From positions 25,778-89,777 of the forward strand of contig JAFXZJ010000055.1 in NCBI GenBank assembly GCA_017541305.1: a DNA stretch of 64,000 nt, written 5' to 3'. Source of the stretch: Clostridia bacterium. Lineage in GTDB: Bacteria; Bacillota; Clostridia; Christensenellales; CAG-138. Below the pieces are notes generated by a model. The model did no database searches. It saw only the letters and a list, made by a program, of their open reading frames with translations, and was not told the origin of the DNA. Positions 28,688-36,760 of this stretch are shown in pieces. Position 1 is the first letter of the stretch; the number at the start of each line of letters is the position of its first letter. Position numbers and translations under genes: made by a program.

Positions 28688-30328
28688 TTATGTAATCAGA
28701 ATCGCGATTGTGATTGCAGCAATAATGACTGCCGCAACAATCAAGAGGACAATCCTCTCCCTCTTGTTTTTCTTCTTTGCATTTATCTCTTCTTCTTCTT
28801 TCTCAGCTTTCAGAGACTCGATCTTTTTTCGGCAGATCTCTATCTGATGCTCCGAATCCTTCCATCCGGGAATCGACTCAAATATCTTGATGGCTTTTTC
28901 ATAATCGTCAATATAATGACTACCCATTTTGCTGAAAGCCGCATTATAGAAAGAATCCATATATACAGCATTGGCTTTTTCTCGGCAGTCCGCAGCACGC
29001 TGTTCGGCATCCTTGAATCCGTTGATGCCAAGAAATGCTTTTTCGGCCTGCTTAAAATCATATTCGGACTTAGCGCAATTTGCGAGACCGTCAGCCTTGC
29101 GATAAAGTATGGCATTATTATACCCTATAAGCTCATCTTGCAGCTTTTTATCACCAAAACGGAGTGCTTTTTTGTAATTACTGAGTTGTTCAAAAGCATC
29201 TGTGCGGGAAACAAGATCGGCTCTTGTTGTGACCTTGAGTTCCGCCATAAGCTTAGCAACATATGCTTCCGCATTCTCAGGATCCTGATCCAGCACCTTT
29301 TCGGCGTATTCGTCCGCGCTCTGCCACTCGCCATCCTCCAGATACATGAAAGCGCGCTTCAAAAGCGGCGCTATGTTCGCACTGCCGCCAGTGACCACGG
29401 TGGTTTCCTTTACGACCGGCTTCGATTCGCCGTCACGGACGATCTTCTTGATTCCGCGGATAAGATCCTGCATGAAGCCAAGCTTACTCATATCCTGAGC
29501 CTGCAGATGGGAGAACTCGTCGGGCAGATCGTAGGGATCCATATCGCGGTAGGCGGGGATGAGCACCTTCTTGCCGCCGCTCTGCTTGACAAGCGAAAGG
29601 TAGCGGCTCCATTCGTTCTTTACCCACACCGCTTTGAAATGCTCCGGCTTGGTGCCGAGCACGACCATGACCTTTGCGCTGTTCAGCGCGGCGAAAATAT
29701 AGGGCTCGTAGGCCGTGCCGAGCTTATCCTCCAGTGTGATGCGCGAGAAGAAGACCTTGAAGCCCTCCTGCGTGAGCTGATGGTAGAGGTCGTTCGCCAG
29801 CACGGAATCCATCGTTCGCCTGCCGTTTGCATCCGTTTCCTTATAGCAAATGAAAACATCGAACGGCTCTTCCTTCTGCGATATGGCAAGGATGCCCTTT
29901 TGAATCTCATTTATGGCGTTTGCTTCCGCTTCATAGAGGGATCGCTGATACCCGTCAGCGTACCGCAGGGCGGATTTGTAGTTGTCGTCATCAAAAACGG
30001 AAGTGAATTGCGCGCGGTTGACCGTAGGCATACGTTTGCGTGTCGCAGGATCTTCCACGTATTCGATACCGTAGCGGCAGAGCACCAGCGACCAGTAAGC
30101 CTCCGCGTCCGTCGTGTCCTCGTTCAGTATCTGCTCGTAGATCCCCGCAGCCTTGTCGAACTCGTTGTTCCGGCGAAAATGGTTCGCGCGGTCGTATAGA
30201 TTTTCCTTACGCTCGGAGTCAAGCTTTGGCAAAGTCTGCTTAGAACCACAGTACTCGCACTCCGCAACGGTAGAGCCCTTGTCGATGATCAGGTCGCCCC
30301 CGCACATTTTGCATTTGAAAATGGACAT
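28688..30328 (-). CDS. Zinc-ribbon-TPR-TIR-domain protein with C-terminal TM anchor (TIR paralog 1)
   Basis: N-terminal MSIFKCKMCGG...CEYCGS. TIR block FDVFICYKETD...FFSRITLEDKLG...AALNSAKVMVVLGT...AVWVKNEWSRYL. TPR-like helices. C-terminal IVLLIVAAVIIAAITIAILIT. Confidence 0.8.
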   Translation of the reverse strand: MSIFKCKMCGGDLIIDKGSTVAECEYCGSKQTLPKLDSERKENLYDRANHFRRNNEFDKAAGIYEQILNEDTTDAEAYWSLVLCRYGIEYVEDPATRKRMPTVNRAQFTSVFDDDNYKSALRYADGYQRSLYEAEANAINEIQKGILAISQKEEPFDVFICYKETDANGRRTMDSVLANDLYHQLTQEGFKVFFSRITLEDKLGTAYEPYIFAALNSAKVMVVLGTKPEHFKAVWVKNEWSRYLSLVKQSGGKKVLIPAYRDMDPYDLPDEFSHLQAQDMSKLGFMQDLIRGIKKIVRDGESKPVVKETTVVTGGSANIAPLLKRAFMYLEDGEWQSADEYAEKVLDQDPENAEAYVAKLMAELKVTTRADLVSRTDAFEQLSNYKKALRFGDKKLQDELIGYNNAILYRKADGLANCAKSEYDFKQAEKAFLGINGFKDAEQRAADCREKANAVYMDSFYNAAFSKMGSHYIDDYEKAIKIFESIPGWKDSEHQIEICRKKIESLKAEKEEEEINAKKKNKRERIVLLIVAAVIIAAITIAILIT

Positions 30329-30348
30329 ATTGTTCCCTCCGGATATAG

Positions 30349-31050
30349 TTATTTATTCAGTTTGCAAAGCCTGTTCCTCTCCGAAAGAACTGACTGGGCT
30401 TTTTTGCATAGCGGCATTATGCTCTCGTTATCGCCATCGACTATTGCGCGCTGAATCTCCTGCATCAGGGCGTTGAGCTCGCCTTCGGCTTCGGCTGTCG
30501 CGTCATTTGAAACGGGATCGCAGTAGTTGAGCGCGTCTGCAAGCTTTTTCAGTTCCGCCCTTGCCTCTTCGTTTTCGCAGCCGGCCGCAAGGCTGTTGCC
30601 GATAGAGCGAAGCTCCCGGATCTTCTCGACGTCCTTTTTCAATACCGTATCCTGCCGCTCGATCTCATCTCTTGTGGCGTCGGTCGCAACGGCCCCGAGG
30701 ATTGCTACGGCAAAGAGAAGAATGAACACAAGCACGAAAGGCCACGCGGGAATGCCGGGAATGGCAGCAAGGCCCATTGCAAGAAAGCTCAGTATCAGCT
30801 GTACCGTCGCATAGATACTACCAACGCGAGCGATCGGAAAACCGTAAAAGCGGCTCTTTGCCGAATCGCCCTTGCCGAAAGCAACTGCAAATATGAGCAG
30901 ACTTGTAAGTATCGCGAGAAGGCCAAACCCGTAGCCCACCCAGAACACGGAGTTGTGTTTGAAAGGAAGCACGAATGCAAGAACGTTATAAACGACCAGG
31001 ATTACTGCGACCGTGATGATCGCGCGTATCATTTTTTTGCTGAGCTTCAT
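30349..31050 (-). CDS. 4-TM membrane protein with cytoplasmic coiled-coil tail
   Basis: Hydrophobic N-terminal half and coiled-coil C-terminal half. Gene is adjacent to (1-bp gap) the SPFH gene. Confidence 0.55.
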   Translation of the reverse strand: MKLSKKMIRAIITVAVILVVYNVLAFVLPFKHNSVFWVGYGFGLLAILTSLLIFAVAFGKGDSAKSRFYGFPIARVGSIYATVQLILSFLAMGLAAIPGIPAWPFVLVFILLFAVAILGAVATDATRDEIERQDTVLKKDVEKIRELRSIGNSLAAGCENEEARAELKKLADALNYCDPVSNDATAEAEGELNALMQEIQRAIVDGDNESIMPLCKKAQSVLSERNRLCKLNK

Positions 31051-31051
31051 A

Positions 31052-32950
31052 TTATTCTCCCTTCTTAAAGCCGCAGTCCGGGCAGAACTTGCTTGTTATG
31101 TCCTTTGCTCCGCATTCCGGGCAGATCCAACCCTTTTTTTCCTCAGGCTTCTTCGCGCCGCAATTCGGGCAGAATTTTGATTTGATTCCATTCGTTCCGC
31201 ATTCGGGGCATGTCCAGCCTGCCGTCTCATCTGGCTTTTTTGCTCCGCATTCGGGACAGAATTTGCTTGATATGTTTGTTGTTCCGCATACAGGGCACGT
31301 CCAACCGACTTTTGGTTCCGGCTTCTTTGCCCCGCAGTCCGGGCAGAACTTGCTTGTTATGTTTCGGGTCCCGCATTCGGGGCACGTCCAGCCTGCAGGA
31401 ACAGGCGTGCCTTCTGCGACAGAGGTCTGCTCCTGGGCATTCGGGTTTATCCCATTCATTATATTGCCTATCTGCGGAGCCATTGCGCTCATTGCAGCCA
31501 TACCCACGCCAAGACCCATGATATCACCCATCACACTGCCTCCGCCGACGCTGACTCCAGAGCCCATGTTGCCGATGCCCTCGGCGTATGCCTTCTGAAC
31601 TTCCGTCTGCAGGACGTCCTTCTGGTTGTATCCCTTTGCGGCCATGATCTCCGCCTCGGTCAAGCCATGCACCCGCGCGGCCTGTGCTTCCGCCTGTGCC
31701 TCAATGATCTTGCGCTCAGCCTCACGCCTTGCGACCTCTGTCTTTGTCGTTTCCCCCTGCAGGACTGCTTCGCGCCTTGCCGCCTCGACCTGCGCCTTTG
31801 CCTGCTCCTCAACGGTCTTCACAGTCGCCTGTGCCTGAACCACGCGGGTCTGCAGAACGATGGTATGCAGTTCACGGATGCGCTTGAAATTCGGATCGTC
31901 CTCGGGAAGGACGATATGCGTAACATAAAGCTGCGGAACGGTGAGGCCGTACTCCTCAAAGCCCTCTGTTACCTTTTGACGGAGCGAATCGGAGATGATC
32001 TCCAGCTTTTCATCCACCTCGAGTATGTCGATATCATTCGTCTTTATTACCGTTGGTAGATTGGTTTTGACTGCGCTTGCTATCATCGGACGGAAGGAGG
32101 CCTGCAGGCTCTTTGTGAATCCGGCACTGTCGCGATCTTCCCAAGCGACGCCGCTCGTCGTTCCCACAAGCTTAATAAGCAGTTTCCTCGAATCGCCAAC
32201 GGCAATGTTCATTTCTCCAGATGCGCCGATCTCAAGAGGCGTCCCGGTCAGAGGATCGATGAAACGCACCTTATCAGGCGTACCCCATTTGATGGCCATC
32301 TGAACGGTCTTGTTTATGAAATAGATCTCGCTGTGGAAGGTCCTCTCCGCGTTTGTGGGAAGCTTATACAGCTTTTCGAGCATCGGCAGCTGCTGTGTCT
32401 CAAGCGTGTAACGGCCCGGCCCGAACAGGTCGAGCGCCTGTCCGTCACGGAAGAATACCGCTTCCTGACTTTCATGGACGATGAGCTGGGAGCCGTAGTT
32501 GAAGTCCTCAACGGGATGCTTCCAGATGAAGGTAGAGTTGTCGCCCTCGTACTTGATTATGGATGCAAGGCCCTCCGCCTTGATGCGCTCCTTCTCAACG
32601 CGCTCGGCGACGTCGTTGTCATGGTCGCACACGGGGCAGACGTAGTGCGAAGCGGCCTTCGAGGTCTGGAGCCGGACGCCGCACTGCGCGCAGGAGAACT
32701 CGACAGTCTTGTCCTGCTCTGCCATCGTATTGATGGGCTCATGGCAGACGGGGCATTTAGCGCCGGCACCCTTGGATTGATCAAATACCACGTTGTTCCC
32801 GCAGTGCGGGCAAACGCGGCTTGCCAGCTTGTCCGTGCGGACATCAATAGTATACCCGCACGCACAGCTGATCTTTTTACTTGCGAAGAACCCAGCCTTC
32901 GCCTCAGCATAGCGCCCGCAGTTGGGGCATTCGATTACGAATTTTGCCAT
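31052..32950 (-). CDS. Multi-zinc-ribbon SPFH/Band-7 (PF13421-like) protein with four tandem C-terminal zinc-ribbon repeats
   Basis: Three N-terminal CxxC pairs. SPFH core IIKYEGDNSTFIWKHPVEDFNYGSQLIVHESQEAVFFRDGQALDLFGPGRYTL. Coiled coil. Four repeats of GWTCPECGT..I.SKFCPDCGAKKPE. Confidence 0.75.
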   Translation of the reverse strand: MAKFVIECPNCGRYAEAKAGFFASKKISCACGYTIDVRTDKLASRVCPHCGNNVVFDQSKGAGAKCPVCHEPINTMAEQDKTVEFSCAQCGVRLQTSKAASHYVCPVCDHDNDVAERVEKERIKAEGLASIIKYEGDNSTFIWKHPVEDFNYGSQLIVHESQEAVFFRDGQALDLFGPGRYTLETQQLPMLEKLYKLPTNAERTFHSEIYFINKTVQMAIKWGTPDKVRFIDPLTGTPLEIGASGEMNIAVGDSRKLLIKLVGTTSGVAWEDRDSAGFTKSLQASFRPMIASAVKTNLPTVIKTNDIDILEVDEKLEIISDSLRQKVTEGFEEYGLTVPQLYVTHIVLPEDDPNFKRIRELHTIVLQTRVVQAQATVKTVEEQAKAQVEAARREAVLQGETTKTEVARREAERKIIEAQAEAQAARVHGLTEAEIMAAKGYNQKDVLQTEVQKAYAEGIGNMGSGVSVGGGSVMGDIMGLGVGMAAMSAMAPQIGNIMNGINPNAQEQTSVAEGTPVPAGWTCPECGTRNITSKFCPDCGAKKPEPKVGWTCPVCGTTNISSKFCPECGAKKPDETAGWTCPECGTNGIKSKFCPNCGAKKPEEKKGWICPECGAKDITSKFCPDCGFKKGE

Positions 32951-32954
32951 GGTT

Positions 32955-33431
32955 TTATTCCTCCGTTTGAATATTGTCTGTTGAATTTGTTTTTTCCGAC
33001 GGGCTGTTCGTCTCCTGCCCGTTTGCGGCGCCGCGCGATCTGCGGAATTTCTCGGCGAGCCTTTCTATGCTGATATAGTATTCGTCATCCTTGAACTGCT
33101 TCCTTCTCTGGTCGATCAGATACACCTTGAAATCATCGTATAATCTGATTATCAACCTGCTTCCGCTGCTCTTCACGGTGCGGTAGGAATAGTACCCCGA
33201 AAGAACGCCCGAGCAGAAGCTCTCAAGCTTCCCGAAGTAATTGACGCAGTTTCTGTAATAATCCGAATTATCCTTCCTGTTCCTTCCGGCGATCTCTCTG
33301 TGATAGCTGTCCTTGAGCTTGTTGAGCGTTTCAAGCGTCCTCTGCTTTCTCGAAAGCAGCTTATCCCAGATAAACGTTGCCGTCGTCAGCATGAGCGATA
33401 AAGCGGCTATACCGGTTCCGATCAGTTCCAT
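32955..33431 (-). CDS. Small N-terminally membrane-anchored protein (158 aa)
   Basis: One N-terminal TM helix and a charged C-terminus. Paralogous decayed copy at 28200..28670. Confidence 0.55.
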   Translation of the reverse strand: MELIGTGIAALSLMLTTATFIWDKLLSRKQRTLETLNKLKDSYHREIAGRNRKDNSDYYRNCVNYFGKLESFCSGVLSGYYSYRTVKSSGSRLIIRLYDDFKVYLIDQRRKQFKDDEYYISIERLAEKFRRSRGAANGQETNSPSEKTNSTDNIQTEE

Positions 33432-33472
33432 TTTTCCTCCTCTGTTTACAAGGCTTACAGCGTATTCGGCGG

Positions 33473-36145
33473 TCAGTTTTGCATTGCCCTTATCCGCGAA
33501 TCGAGCTGCGCTATCTCCGCCTCGAGCTCCCTTCTGCGCTTGCCGGTAAAGAGGCCCTTGAGGTTTTTGAGCTCCGCTTCGGCTTCGGCACGGCGCTTTA
33601 AAAGGGTCTCGAGCAGAAGCCTGCGCTCGTTTTCCGCACGCTCCGCGGCTTCCCGGCGCTCACGCTCTGCGCGCTCAGCGGCTTCCCGGCGTTCACGCTC
33701 TCTCTGCTCATCTTTGGACTTTTGCTCCTGTTCAAGAGTATCGATACCGTCGAAAAGCTTCCAGTCCTTTGTATTGCATTGTCCATAATCAAACCCATTA
33801 CTTTTCCGAGTCTCAATGTACTTAGTCGCAACAACGGTGCCGTCTGATTTCAATCCGACTGTTCGTCCTGGCGCCGCAAATACCGCGACAATATCCGTCC
33901 AGTTCTTGACGTTGCACTGACCGTTAGTATTACTTCCTGCAGCTACTACAGTTCCATCCTCCTTAAGGCCTACAATATGATAATCGGAATCATCCTTGTT
34001 AGCCCATCCGACATCACTGGATCCGGCAATCGATAGGATGCCTTTCCATTTTTTGACCTGTGAGAGGAACCCGAAGTCGTCGGAACACACAACACGTCCG
34101 TCCTCTTTTAAGCCGATGATGGACGAATACGGTTCGTCGTAGAAAACGGAAACAGCGATGATGTCCGCCCATTTTGAAACCCGGTTTTTAAGCTTGTTGA
34201 GACCTTTGACAATATCTTCATATTCTTCATCATCCTCATCGTACTCGATGGAGTGATACGGAGAGACGACGACCTTCTTATCGTTCTTTATACCGACGAT
34301 CAGATCATAGGTGCTTGCAACTGAAACAATATTATTCCAACTCGCAAACGCTTCTGTATCGTCTGGATCGGTAGAAACGACCGTTCCATCCTTTCTGATA
34401 CCGAATACATCAGATTCGGAGGCAAACACATCTGTAATATCACGCCAGGCGACGGTCTTAGTATCCCCGGCGCAAACAGCCGAACCGTCGTTTCTCAGTC
34501 CGATAAGGAATCTATCTCCGGCAGCTAACTTGACTATGCCTCGCCATTTATCAATGTCAAAACTCTTCTTCGAGGCGAAAGCAACCGTACCGTCGCCTCT
34601 TAATCCGGCGGTAAAACTGTTACCGGCAGCTATCGAAACGATGTCTGACCAATCGCCGACTTCGCATTGGCCATCATAGGAAGAATACAATTCGCCGCGC
34701 AGACGGGAATAATCGTTTTGGACATGTTCTTTGTATTTTGTGGCAAATACTTTACCTTGGATATTCAATGCGACCGTATGGTTTTTTCCACAGCAGACCA
34801 GGTTTTGAGCCGAAGCATACTTGGCTCTCAAATCGATAAGGCGCTGCTTCCCGGCAGCAATGCTTTTTTCTTCCTGCTCGATTCTTGCCTTCTCCCTATC
34901 TTTCTGTTCCTTTTCGATTCTTGAGAACCATTCGGCTGTCTCCTTGTCTGCGAAGCGTTTAGCGCGTTCGTATTCCTTTCCCTGTTGTATCAAGGAAGAA
35001 AAATTCTGCTCAAAATCTTCCTTAGACCTCACGTTTGCCTCTGCAAGCATAATGCCCAGATAGGCTCTGCTGTTCTCCGGGTCGATATCGAGCACCTTGT
35101 TGAAATATCCCTCGGCTTGCCCGAACTCGCCCTCCTCAAGGAAGAGCTGCGCCCGCTTGAGCAGCGAACCCACGCTCGGACCCGCGTCCGTCTGCTGTAT
35201 CACCTGCTGAATTATCCGCTGCTCCGACTGCGCCTTTTCGGGCTCGTCCTTTCCGATCACCTTTTTGATGCCGCGGATCAGGTCCTGTATAAAGCCGATC
35301 TTTGCCATATCATAGCTTTGCAGAACGGAGAGCTGCTCGGGAAGATCGTATGGATCCATGCCCTTGTAGCATGGCAAAAGGAGCTTTGAGCGATCCTTGC
35401 GCATCAGCGCGAGAAAACGGCTCCACTCGTTCTTGACCCAGACGGCGTTGAAATATTCCGGCTTCGAGCCGATCGCGATCATAACCTTTGCGGAATTGAG
35501 CGCGGCGAAGATATAGGGCTCGTACTCGGAGCCTACCTTATCCTCGAGCGTTATCCTCGAGAAGAACACGCGGTAGCCTTCGCTTGTGAGCTGATAGTAG
35601 ATCTCCTGCGCGTCGATGCTGTCCTTTGTACGCTCCTTGGTGTTGTCGTCGGTCTCCTTATAGCAGATGAAAACGTCGAAAGGCTCCTCGTTCTGCGAGG
35701 TGGCGAGTATGCCCTTCTGTACCTCCGCGATCTTCGCTCCGTCCTTCTGATACTGGCGGCGGGTGATGCCATCGGAGTTTTCGAGCGCGGCGATGTAATC
35801 CACGTCCTCAAGGAAGCTGTCAAAGCTCGCCCTGTGGCAGGTGGGGATGTATTCATACGTGTTCGGATCCTCAACGTACTCTATACCGAACCTGCACAGC
35901 GCGCAGCACCAGTGCGCCTCGGCGTCGGCGTCGTCCTCACGAACGATGTTCTCGTAGATCGCAAGCGCCTTATCGAATTCGCCCGCGCGCCTGAAATGAT
36001 TTCCCCTGTTGAACAGCGCCGCCCGCTGCTCGTCCGATACCTTAGGCAGAGTCATCGTCGACCCGCAGTATTCGCAGGTCCCAAAGGTCTTTTCTTCATT
36101 GAGGACTATGTCCCCACCGCACATTTTGCATTTGATAATCGCCAT
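33473..36145 (-). CDS. Zinc-ribbon-TPR-TIR protein with RCC1-like beta-propeller repeats and C-terminal ERERREAAERA coiled-coil (TIR paralog 2)
   Basis: N-terminal MAIIKCKMCGG...CEYCGS. TIR block FDVFICYKETDDNTKERT...AVWVKNEWSRFL. Seven to eight RCC1-like repeats such as GLKEDGTVVAAGSNTNGQCNVKNW. Duplicated ERERREAAERAE segment. Confidence 0.8.
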   Translation of the reverse strand: MAIIKCKMCGGDIVLNEEKTFGTCEYCGSTMTLPKVSDEQRAALFNRGNHFRRAGEFDKALAIYENIVREDDADAEAHWCCALCRFGIEYVEDPNTYEYIPTCHRASFDSFLEDVDYIAALENSDGITRRQYQKDGAKIAEVQKGILATSQNEEPFDVFICYKETDDNTKERTKDSIDAQEIYYQLTSEGYRVFFSRITLEDKVGSEYEPYIFAALNSAKVMIAIGSKPEYFNAVWVKNEWSRFLALMRKDRSKLLLPCYKGMDPYDLPEQLSVLQSYDMAKIGFIQDLIRGIKKVIGKDEPEKAQSEQRIIQQVIQQTDAGPSVGSLLKRAQLFLEEGEFGQAEGYFNKVLDIDPENSRAYLGIMLAEANVRSKEDFEQNFSSLIQQGKEYERAKRFADKETAEWFSRIEKEQKDREKARIEQEEKSIAAGKQRLIDLRAKYASAQNLVCCGKNHTVALNIQGKVFATKYKEHVQNDYSRLRGELYSSYDGQCEVGDWSDIVSIAAGNSFTAGLRGDGTVAFASKKSFDIDKWRGIVKLAAGDRFLIGLRNDGSAVCAGDTKTVAWRDITDVFASESDVFGIRKDGTVVSTDPDDTEAFASWNNIVSVASTYDLIVGIKNDKKVVVSPYHSIEYDEDDEEYEDIVKGLNKLKNRVSKWADIIAVSVFYDEPYSSIIGLKEDGRVVCSDDFGFLSQVKKWKGILSIAGSSDVGWANKDDSDYHIVGLKEDGTVVAAGSNTNGQCNVKNWTDIVAVFAAPGRTVGLKSDGTVVATKYIETRKSNGFDYGQCNTKDWKLFDGIDTLEQEQKSKDEQRERERREAAERAERERREAAERAENERRLLLETLLKRRAEAEAELKNLKGLFTGKRRRELEAEIAQLDSRIRAMQN

Positions 36146-36188
36146 ACTATTCTCCTATAGCAAATTAAGCATTTTAACACTGACTTTT

Positions 36189-36614
36189 CTAAACTCTACG
36201 ATCACGTTCTAAGTCTATTGCTATCTGCTCTGTCTCCTGAGTGGAACACTCAAAAACATACAGTTTATGTAACAGCTCCGAATCTGAAGGATAGGATGCA
36301 CCTCGTCTGTTAATTTCGATTTGTATTTCAGACTTAAGAGATTGGTTCTTAAAGAAAGTATCGTATAATTCGACTCTCTCTTTTGTCATTTGATCTTTGC
36401 TGTTAATGTACTCCTGCATTAGATCATGAAGAAATAACGGGTCATAAGCTTTAATGTTAGCAATTGTATCATCCGCCCTTTTAAGAGTATTATTCACATA
36501 ATTGGTGAACCTCTGAATGTTTTCAATGCCAAAGAACACAATCTTGCAATCATCACAAAGAAAAGCTTCGTTCTTCCATTCACACGGTTTATTGCAACTT
36601 GGGCAGTTATACAT
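36189..36614 (-). CDS. Small zinc-ribbon protein (CPSCN...CDDC), 141 aa
   Basis: Low-GC ORF between TIR paralogs 2 and 3. Confidence 0.45.
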   Translation of the reverse strand: MYNCPSCNKPCEWKNEAFLCDDCKIVFFGIENIQRFTNYVNNTLKRADDTIANIKAYDPLFLHDLMQEYINSKDQMTKERVELYDTFFKNQSLKSEIQIEINRRGASYPSDSELLHKLYVFECSTQETEQIAIDLERDRRV

Positions 36615-36760
36615 AATCTTTCCTCCTAAACGTATTATACTAATTAAGTTGTGTAACGCAAGTAGTAGCTTGAATCAGCATACCTATTATTGCCCTTTTT
36701 CTAACAAGCGGAAGCACAATCCTTCTTTACCAAACAGACGTTTTCATAAGCACATGCATT

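Noticed and set aside
28847-30199. 450-aa plus-strand ORF
   Set aside because: It is antisense to TIR paralog 1, which has coherent domain architecture. This ORF lacks an RBS and motifs.
31089-32303. Several plus-strand ORFs (31089..31598, 31667..32059 and others)
   Set aside because: They are antisense to the SPFH/zinc-ribbon gene.
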